Assembly (NCBI GenBank): GCA_051453625.1
Contig: JBOZIK010000001.1
Span: 35,564,500-35,584,499 of the forward strand
Source of the DNA: Welwitschia mirabilis
Taxonomy: Eukaryota
Length of the DNA: 20,000 nt
Direction of reading: 5' to 3'
How positions within the stretch are numbered: position 1 is the stretch's first letter; the number at the start of each line of letters is the position of its first letter. This document shows, in pieces, positions 12,101 to 20,000 of the stretch. The translations under genes and the position numbers were made by a program. The notes under the pieces were generated by a model. That model saw only the letters and a list, made by a program, of their open reading frames with translations, made no database searches and was not told where the DNA came from.

Positions 12101-12678
12101 TTTATGAGTAATCTAGGAAAATCTTACTAGGAAGTAGTTAAATGGATTATGCGGTATTTGAAAGATACGAGAAATATCTACTTGGCTTATGGTGATAATA
12201 AATCTATTGGTAATTTGATTAACTATATAGATTCTGACTATGCCAGAGATCTTGAAAGGGAAGATCCTTAACATGCTATATCTTCACCCTATATGGATGT
12301 GTCATTAGCTAGATGGAAACACTTTAATCTATAGTTTTTTCATCTATCATAAAAGCTGAATACATGTAATTAACAAAAGGGGTTAAAGAAGGTATATGGT
12401 TGTATGGTCTTATTAATAGCTTAGGATTGAATGTTCAGAGATCTATCATCTATTATGGTAGTTAGAGTGCATTAGACATGACCAAGAATCAAGTCTATCA
12501 TGAGAGATTAAAACATATTGATGTCAACCTAAATTTCATTAGAGATGTTATAGAGGATAATAGGTTATTCATTAATAAGACAGCCATAGCAGAGAATCTA
12601 GTAGATATGTTGACAAAGCCATTACCTATAGAGAAGTTCAAGTATAGCTTGAACTTGGTGAATGTTCACATAGCATGA
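9163..12678 (+). mobile_element. Degenerate, 5'-truncated Ty1/copia gag-pol (Tork/Tnt1-like)
   Basis: gag LLDLQGIGVKIDDE..AIIFL.SL..SYENF; decayed zinc knuckle CFHYKEKGYIRKNYP (9463); protease WVLDTGAS (9621); LWHYRLDHMS; integrase HLDLWDP and FIDDYSRKV; RT LYGLKQSPR*WY and LLLYVDDM; RNase H DSDYA and YHERLKHIDV. The PR-INT-RT-RH order is copia. Confidence 0.95.
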
Positions 12679-12748
12679 GGCCCTAAGGGGCATGAATGGT
12701 AGGGGTGAAATTTCTCTTAGTTTCTAGTGATTTGAGACAATTCAAGTT

Positions 12749-12760
12749 AAGGTGGAGAAT
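12749..12760 (+). promoter_or_regulatory. Copia polypurine tract
   Basis: aaggtggagaat lies immediately before tgtt, ~70 bp after the pol stop. Confidence 0.85.
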
Positions 12761-13064
12761 TGTTAAGAACCTTGAATTTTAGTGAATTGTTATATGTATT
12801 TTCTTTTGATGAATGGTTCGAATCATTAAATGTATTTTATTTTGATGAACAATTCAAATAATTATATGTATTTTTTTCTAGAGTGACCCAAACCGGTTAG
12901 TTTATATATATGGTTCTAGGATTCATCATCTTGCAATAATTATTTTACTTGAGGAATAAGAAATCTCTCTTCCTACCCATGGACATAGGTCACATTGACT
13001 AAACCACATAAATCCTATGTATTCTCATTTATCTTCCATTTATATCTCCTTTTTTCTCATAAGA
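12761..13064 (+). repeat. Copia LTR (~304 bp)
   Basis: Starts TGTT after the PPT. Contains TATA-like tatatata at 12903-12910 and a Tork-like R/U5 motif cccatggacataggtcacattgactaaaccacataaat. Ends ataaga (decayed aaca) 2 bp before a PBS. Confidence 0.8.
12791..12877 (+). repeat. 36-bp tandem repeat (~2.3 copies) in the LTR U3
   Basis: atgtatttt recurs at 12794, 12830 and 12866. The units share ttttgatgaa...ttc.aat.atta. Confidence 0.8.
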
Positions 13065-13066
13065 AG

Positions 13067-13078
13067 TGGTATCAGAGC
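13067..13078 (+). promoter_or_regulatory. Primer-binding site for initiator tRNA-Met
   Basis: Exact TGGTATCAGAGC. Confidence 0.9.
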
Positions 13079-13280
13079 TAAGGTTATTGGCAGGTCTTAG
13101 GTTCAAGTCTTCCTAGTAGATTTTGGTTCATGTGAGTACTTGGCATGTGAATCGAGAGGGGAGATTATTATATATGTGATTTCCATGCCCAGCCTGACAA
13201 GTGAGTAAATGTAATGGATTCCAGTTTATCAGATTCCACTAATAGTCATGGCTTTTGATGTGATGGTAAAGGGTCCAATA
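13067..13280 (+). mobile_element. TRIM-like unit: PBS, ~99 bp internal region, PPT and ~115 bp LTR
   Basis: PBS at 13067 and a second PPT gagaggggaga at 13154-13164. The LTR-like segment runs from tatta (decayed tgtta, 13166) to ccaata (decayed ccaaca, 13280), contains ccactaatagtcatggcttttg and is unrelated to the copia LTR. No coding capacity. Confidence 0.6.
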
Positions 13281-13560
13281 CCTATGTCTATGATAAACAT
13301 GAATTTCTCTAGTGGAGTGCCCATTTCCATTTCCATGAAGTAAGGCATAATTCCAAGTGACACTGCAGATATGAAAAGATTTGAAGAGACTACCAAATAG
13401 TGCTTTCTCTCATGATTCCTTTTGTCGATGGATGCATGACATGCTGCATCATGTACAAAGGGATCATAGATTTATTCCTTATGGGAATTGAAATAGAGGA
13501 TGAACGGACTATTTGTAGAGTGATAGTAGATTAGCATCGTTAATTTTATTTTTAGTTTTA
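13281..13560 (-). pseudogene. A1-family (nepenthesin-like) aspartic protease N-terminal fragment, ending at the first catalytic motif
   Basis: Minus strand reads KLTMLIYYHSTNSPF...SHKE*IYDPFVHDAACHASIDKR...SAVSLGIMPYFMEMEMGTPLEKFMFIIDIG, matching LIHRxSPxSPF...DxxR...SGxSxGxGxYFMxxxxGTPxxxFxxIxDTG. Confidence 0.78.
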
Positions 13561-13589
13561 CTATTTTATGTTAATAAGACAATGGTCTC

Positions 13590-14065
13590 AAAGAAGTCCA
13601 AGCATCAAGAGATAATGAAAATCGATATACATCTCGTCTCCATTGAAAGTGCTCTTGTTTTTTTTTATTTGATCACAATGATCACATACTTCAATGATTT
13701 GTTATTAAGACATATATATGGATGCTATATTAGCCTTATCTTATCAAGGGTAGTATCAGAATGCAGTGGAGCTAGTCTGTACTTATACATCATGGGAGTT
13801 CTTAGATGAAAGTGTCAGTTAACAAAGCTTGCTGATAACTCAATGTGATAATTTATGTACAAATATTAGTAAGATAAAGAAATGGGGTTCTATGGTTATT
13901 TTGAATTCTCTTAATTTTCTTCTAATTGTAGTTGATGCAGCTCCAAAGGAAACAACACATGCAATGCATTCATTTATTAATAATTCTATTTCGAATGAGT
14001 ATGACAGTTTCTTGGGGTTTGGTAAAATGCTCCATTTGAATTTAGTAGGAATTAACAATCTAATG
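13590..14065 (+). pseudogene. ACC1: Homomeric acetyl-CoA carboxylase central-region fragment
   Basis: With frameshifts: IESALV..FDHNDHILQ*FVIKTYIWMLY*PYLIKGSIRMQW...SWEFLDE...KKWGSMVILNSLNFL..VVDAAPKETTH...GKMLHLNLVGINNLM. Recalled ACC1: VEDALVGLFDHSDHTLQRRVVETYIRRLYQPY.VK.SVRMQW...SWEFLEE...RKWGAMVIIKSLQFL...GNMMHIAIVGINNQM. The 5' boundary (13590-13640) is uncertain. Confidence 0.88.
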
Positions 14066-14090
14066 GAGTAGAAACAAATAAGATATTGAC

Positions 14091-15078
14091 ATGGATAGGA
14101 AGAGACACAAGCTTAGATGGCACAGAAATAAAACATGAATTTTTCTCGTTTTACTTACTCTTTAGTATGATGCTCAACTGTTGCTTTTCAAATGCTTTAC
14201 TAGAAATGAAGTCAGTGTAACATCTTCTGTACTTACTTGTAAATGTGCAAAGGTTATTTTTTCTTTAATATTAATTTGACAAGATGGAAGATTAGCAAAA
14301 ATTAGGAAAGAATGGATACTTTTGGGTTCATTAGTAATTTTAGAACTTTTGACTACTATTTATGCTTTGTAGAATAGCATGTTACAACTTTCTTATCGAA
14401 ATCTTGACTTTCTTATCTTCATAATAATTAACCAGACAAAGTTACTTTTCATCACTTTTTTTATGTAATTCATTTTATGGCATAAGTAGTTACTACAACA
14501 AATTGAGGCTCTATTTCTATTTATTGTAATGACTTTACTTCTCAGTATAGGAGAGGAAACTAGTCATGGTTCTAAAGACATTGATCGTGAGTGAGAAATT
14601 TATTTTTGATGTCATAATTATGATTATTAATTCTATATTATCTAGAATTACATCCTTACTTTACCAATGGGTATCACAGGTTAAGAAAAGAAGCTTATAG
14701 TTAATGACCATTGTGATGTCTGTAGTTAAATGTTTGTATATGTTGGTAATCATACTGAAATTACCTAATGGCAAAGCTATAAGAGAGAAAGTTCTCCTTT
14801 TTTCCCCTCTTTTTTGTGCTAGTTGGACACTTGCAACTCTTATCCCTATTTTTATGAATGAAATTGAAGGGATTTTAGTTGTAATTATTACTATGTATTC
14901 TAGTGGTATATGGAAGGGATTTGTTATTGTATCTCCTCTAATTGTGATAGCCTTCTTATAGTTTATATTTGATGGTATACCTTCTTTTATGTGCATACTG
15001 ATGGCCTTACCTCTTATTATTACCAACATCATTATTTACCAAAAGTACCCCTATAAAGAAAAAGAAAATAAATTATAA
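14091..15078 (+). pseudogene. ROCK1: Full-length processed ROCK1-type nucleotide-sugar (UDP-GlcNAc/GalNAc) transporter pseudogene, copy 1
   Basis: LLTL*YDAQLL...VTSSVLTC...KEWILLGSL...IYAL*NSMLQLSYRNLD...NQTKLLF...LLSIGE...QWVSQVKK...LMT..MS...WT.ATLIP...GILV...KGFVIVS.LIV.AFL*F.FDG.P...ALPL.I..I.IYQKYPYKEK. This is colinear end to end with recalled ROCK1. Intronless, followed by a 3'UTR-like stretch and an A-rich tract (~15185-15213). Confidence 0.9.
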
Positions 15079-15284
15079 GACATATCACTTTACTAGCTTA
15101 CAACACTAGAATGTGTTGGTTCTACTTTCTCCTTTACTTTTTAATGTATCACAAAATTTTATTTAATATCCTAGTTTTCTTTTTAAAAAAATTAAATAAG
15201 AGGATAAATAAAAGGGAGAAAGGCTAATGAAGTAAAAGGATGATGCATAAAAAGTGGAAATGTAGAATTTATATATTATAGTTA

Positions 15285-15298
15285 TTCCCCTTTTGATG
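15285..15298 (-). promoter_or_regulatory. Possible SIRE-type PPT-like motif
   Basis: Reverse complement catcaaaaggggaa resembles the Sirevirus (c)atcaaaaagggggag motif. The duplicate at ~17244 is more decayed. Confidence 0.25.
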
Positions 15299-16203
15299 TA
15301 AAGAAAAATATGAGCTTGACATCAAAAATATAAGAAAAAGGAATAAATGTCTTAATGAAGGTTTACATATGCAAGTCATTTTACTATAATGATGAGGATC
15401 CAAAATAATGAAAAGTGACTCAATTAAATGGTAAAGACATAATATGAATAAGCTTTAGACATGCATATGAGATAATTAAAAAAATGTATCATGGATGATG
15501 ATGAAAGATGATAAAAGAATAGGTTCAATTGTATGAAACAGAAATGAGTTGAAATAACTATATGGTAAAAAGGAGTTGGGTATAAAAAATGGATAAGTTA
15601 ACTAAGAAGTGAAATTATCCTTAGATAAGTTTGTAAGTAAATGCAAAAAATGACTTTAAAATAAGTAATTTTAAATATTAATAAAGATTAGGTAAAAATA
15701 GACAAACAAAGGCATGAAGAAGATTGATTACAATGTCTCTAAATACTAACCTAGCAATGTATATTGGTATAAGTCATAAAACTATTTAATACCATTAATA
15801 ATGGTTTAATGCTAAATAACACAGAGTTTCATGTAATTAGTACAATGATTATAAGAATGTTTATGGTCATTTTGCAAAGTATTAATATAATATTAGGATT
15901 ATAACTCAATCCAATCATTGATTGTAATGGTAAATGACATCTTACTAACTTATCATTCAATAATCAATATATTCTGAATTCTTACAAAATCATAGCTTTG
16001 GAGTTATGGAAAATCAAGTAAATGGAATTTTTAAAAGACATCATCTATCATGATGTGAGGAGTGTAACCACTGTCAAAAGCATAAGGATCCATAAGCCAA
16101 ATCCAGATCATAACCAACTAATACTTTGGTGGAGTTCCCATGGCTACCATATCACACTACCAAAGGTGCCTCTTGGGAATATTTACCCTAGTGTGCTTGC
16201 AGT

Positions 16204-16303
16204 NNNNNNNNNNNNNNNNNNNNNNNNNNNNNNNNNNNNNNNNNNNNNNNNNNNNNNNNNNNNNNNNNNNNNNNNNNNNNNNNNNNNNNNNNNNNNNNNN
16301 NNN
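16204..16303. other. Assembly gap (100 N)
   Basis: Run of exactly 100 N. Confidence 1.
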
Positions 16304-17062
16304 TAGGAAAGAATGGATACTTTTGGGTTCATTAGTGATTTTAGAACTTCCAACTACTATTTATGTTATAGCTTTCTTATTGAAATCTTAACTCTCTTAT
16401 CTTCACAATGATTAATCAGATAAAGTTACTTTTCATCACTCTTTTCATGCACTTCATTTTATGGTAAAATTAGTTACCACAACAAATTGAGACTCTATTT
16501 CTATTCATTATAGCGGCTTTACTTCTCAGTATAGGAGAGGAAACTAGTTATGGTTCTAAAGACATTAATTGTGAATGTGAAATTCATTTTTGATGTTATA
16601 CTTATGATTATTGATTCTATATTATCTGGAATTTCATCCTTACTTTGCCAATGGGCATCACAAGTTAAGAAAAGAAGCTTATAGTTAATGACCATTATGA
16701 TGTCTGTAGTTAAATGTTTGTATATGTTGGTAATCATACTTAAATTACCTAATGGCAAAGCTATAAGAGAGAAAGTTTTTCTTTTTTCCCCTCCTTTTTA
16801 TGCTAGTTGGACACTTGCAACTCTTATCCCTATTTTTACGAATGCAATTGAAGGAATTTTAGTTGGAATTATTACTACGTTATCTAGTGGTATATGGAAG
16901 GGTTTTGTTATTGTATCTCCTCTGATTGTGATAGCCTTCTTATAGTTTATATTTGATGGTATACCTCCTTTTATGTACACACTGATGGCCTTACCTCTCA
17001 TTATCACCAACATCATTATTTATCAAAAGTACCCCTATAAAGAAAAAGAAAAGAAATTATAA
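16304..17062 (+). pseudogene. ROCK1: Processed ROCK1-type pseudogene, copy 2 (5' part lost in the gap)
   Basis: Runs from RKEWILLGSL to IYQKYPYKEKEKKL*. Shares stops with copy 1 and has a private 17-bp deletion. Confidence 0.9.
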
Positions 17063-17989
17063 GAGATATCACTTTACTGGCTTGCTACATTAGAATGTAT
17101 TGGTTATACTTTCTCCTTTACTTTTCAATGTATCACAAAATTTCATTTGATATCCTAGTTTTATAAATAAAATGGAGAAAGGCTAATGAAGTAAAAGGAT
17201 GATGCATAAAAAGTGGAAATGTAGAATTTATATATTATAGTTGTCCCCATTTTGATGTAAAGCAAAATATGAGCTTGACATAAAAAATATAAGAAAAATA
17301 AACATGTGTCTTAATCAAGGTTTACATATGCAAGTCATTTCACTATAATGATGAGGATCCAAAATGATGAAAAGTGACTCGATTAAATGGTAAAAACATA
17401 ATATGAATAAAATTTAGACATGCATATGAGAGAATTAAAAAAATGTATCATGGATGGTGATGAAAGATGATAAAAGAATAGGTTCAATTGTATGAAACAG
17501 AATTGAGTTGAAATAACTATATGGTAAAAAGAAGTTGGGTATAAAAAATGGATAAGTTAACTAAGAAGTGAAATTATCCTTAGCTAAGTTTGTGAGTAAA
17601 TGCAAAGAATGACTTTAAAATAATTAATTTTAAGTATTAATAAAGATTATGTAAAAAAAGACAAACAGAGGCATGAAGGAGATTGATTACAATGTTTCTA
17701 AATACCAACCTAGCAATTTCTATTAGTATGAGTCATAAAACTATTTGATACTATTAATAATGGTTTCATGCTAAACAACATAGAGTTTCATTTAATTAGG
17801 ACAATGATTATAAAAATGTTTATAGTCATTTTGCAAAGTATTACTATAATATTAGGATTATAACTCAATCCAATCAATGACTGTAATGGTAAATGACATC
17901 TTACTAACTTATCAGTTAATAATCAATATATTCTCAATGCTTGTGAAATCATAGATTTGGATTTATGAAAAATCAAGTAAATGGAATTT

Positions 17990-18420
17990 TTAGAAGACAT
18001 CATCTATCATGATGTGAGGTTTGTAACCAGTATCAAAAGCATAAGGATCCATAGGCCAAAGCTAGATTGTGACCATCTAATACTTCAGTGGAGTTCCCAT
18101 GGCTACCATATCACACTACCAAAGGTGCCTCTTAGGAATATTTACCTTGGTGTACTTGCAGTAGGACATCATGATTTTTTTTTTGGGTGGTGTATGGTAT
18201 TGATATTTTATTTTAACTTGAATTCCCTTTTTTTAATTTTTTTGAACATTAATTAATCATTAGAATGATAAATTATAAGATTCACTAGTAAAGACAAGTA
18301 TTGAATATAATACAAATTAATATTAGGACAACAAAACATGAGATATTGAATGTCATAGACATAGGAATGTCTTAAGATTGGGTGAAATCTAATATTACCA
18401 CTAGAAATATCCCAAAGTAG
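17990..18420 (-). mobile_element. Non-coding fragment of an element related to the Athila-like element at left
   Basis: Two colinear homology blocks to 2470-2910, in the same orientation. Confidence 0.55.
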
Positions 18421-20000
18421 AAAAAAGTACATTTATAAAAACTCAAATGTGGTTTAACATAAGACCAAACAAAATCAATAATCAAATAAATAAATAACTT
18501 TAATTAAGAAATGCTATTAAGGAGTCATTTAGATAAGGTCCAAGGAAAGACTTACCTCTTGATCAAAGGGTCCTCCTACTCAATTTATTCTATCATGCTT
18601 ATAGTACTATGATAAGTATTAATGTAATATTAACTATTATTGATTGACACTAAGTTTTCTTAGCATTGAAATTAATAACTGAATGAAGTCATTAGAAATG
18701 CACTTCTCTGTAAAGTAAGTATTTGACCACTTAGTATTTAACTTATTATAAGAATGTATCCAAACATCATGTAATAAAATGAAATAAATTGATTGAAGAT
18801 AAATGTTGATGATGAGTTTAAGAAGAACTAAGCATAGAATGGAAATGGAAAAGTACAAATGAATTATTGAAGAAAAATTAGTGGGTAAAACACACTATCA
18901 TTAGATAGTAGAATAGATGTTTTGCATAAAAATGTAGCATTAAAGGATTTATGCAAAAGTGTAAGCTATAGGAGAGAGTGAATGGATGGTATCATAACAA
19001 AGGTAAGTATAGTATGCTATCATCGTCATCATCATCTTCTACAAGGGGAGCCACATGAAATGGAATGTCAATTAGAGAAGCTCGATAAGGGATAAAACAA
19101 TATCTACTAAGAATAAATGGCACTTAATAATTACCAACATATAACTCTACTAGAATCTAACGCATATGGTCAATCATGAGCTGTAAAACTCAAACAAACA
19201 AAGAAAACATGAAACCTATGTAACATATAAAAACATGCTATTCTAAATAATAAATAATTGCATAGATGTATGTCACATTTTATTTTGAATGAAATAGTAA
19301 TAATAAATGCATGAGACGAGTAATGAAAACATAGTAAAAAGGATGTGAATTATGAATTTTATTGATAGTATGGTCAAAGATAGAATGATTTTATTGGTTC
19401 TTTATCCTTAATGTCATTCAGATCTTTGAGTTTGTATATTTATTTATTAAATGTCTATGATATGATGAATGATCCTAGTCAATTTAGTGAAAATTTTAAA
19501 ATTTTCTTAATTAAGTTTACTTTCAAGATAGATTTATATATACTATAAGATCAAGGATTAACATGTTTATTGTATGTATCACTTATTCATTTCTAATAAA
19601 GTTGTGTAAGTTGTAGTGATTTGATCTTTTATTCATCTAGAGTTTCTAATTAAGCAACTCGTGTTTCTCTTTTCACTTAGATAATTCTAGATCTTTAACT
19701 AAGATCCTCAATTTGGGGATCTAAATTTAGATTAGTAAAATTTCTTTAATGCCATAAACTAATTGGAATGGGGTTGTTCCCATGGCACTTTTCACTATGA
19801 TATGATATGCCCATAATGCAAGAGGTAATTTTTCATGATAATATTTTAGATAGTAATTTCTTAAGGTAGCTTATTGTTGCGGTATGTATTTGTGCAATAG
19901 TTCACGTTTCACTTTCAATCTTATTAATTATAAATAAGATGCAAAATATAACATGCTAGTATAGACAGAGTGATCCGAATGTCGTAATTCTGTCGAAGGC

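Larger units (their letters stand above)
14303..18162 (+). repeat. Direct duplication 14303-16203 vs 16304-18162 flanking a 100-N gap
   Basis: Both copies start taggaaagaatggatact and end cttgcagt, and are colinear over ~1.9 kb. Hand count gives 15 differences in the 258 bp of 14704-14961 vs 16688-16945. Confidence 0.97.

Noticed and set aside
12791-12877. CRISPR-like 36-bp periodicity
   Set aside because: Eukaryotic LTR context, with tandem units and no unique spacers.
13561-13643. Minus-strand METRCISIFIIS... as the protease signal peptide
   Set aside because: Out of frame with the protease and contains stops. The same bases can be read as ACCase (KKS...E.M) on the plus strand, so I left it unresolved.
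14661-15032. 123-aa minus-strand ORF (and the related 16519-16758 and 16798-17016)
   Set aside because: Antisense shadow of the ROCK1 pseudogene, and broken differently in the duplicate.
16022-16306. ORF MEFLKDIIYHDV... present in both duplicates (also 17981-18256)
   Set aside because: No recognisable motif. Its retention is explained by duplication, and it is not evident in the homologue at ~2470-2622.
18430-20000. Probable further TE-derived DNA, including ORF 18637-18858
   Set aside because: No protein or terminal motif that I can support by eye.

Overview
AT-rich, CpG-poor plant genomic DNA with no intact gene, interrupted by three assembly gaps (2778-2787, 7498-7597, 16204-16303). The left part (1-~5900) is a decayed minus-strand Athila-like Ty3/gypsy element with RT, RNase H, integrase and a probable env-like ORF. 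The central contig (7598-16203) holds a tightly packed series of decayed host-gene pieces from unrelated genes: an intronless fructokinase, a p24-delta (GOLD) fragment, an antisense A1 aspartic protease fragment, an acetyl-CoA carboxylase fragment and a full-length intronless ROCK1-type nucleotide-sugar transporter. In the middle of this series sits a 5'-truncated Tork/Tnt1-like Ty1/copia element whose 3' LTR runs directly into a PBS, a ~100 bp internal segment, a second PPT and a different short LTR (a TRIM-like unit). Both ends of the series recur as diverged copies across the 100-N gaps, which suggests the composite is multicopy. All family assignments come from hand translation and recalled motifs, not database searches.
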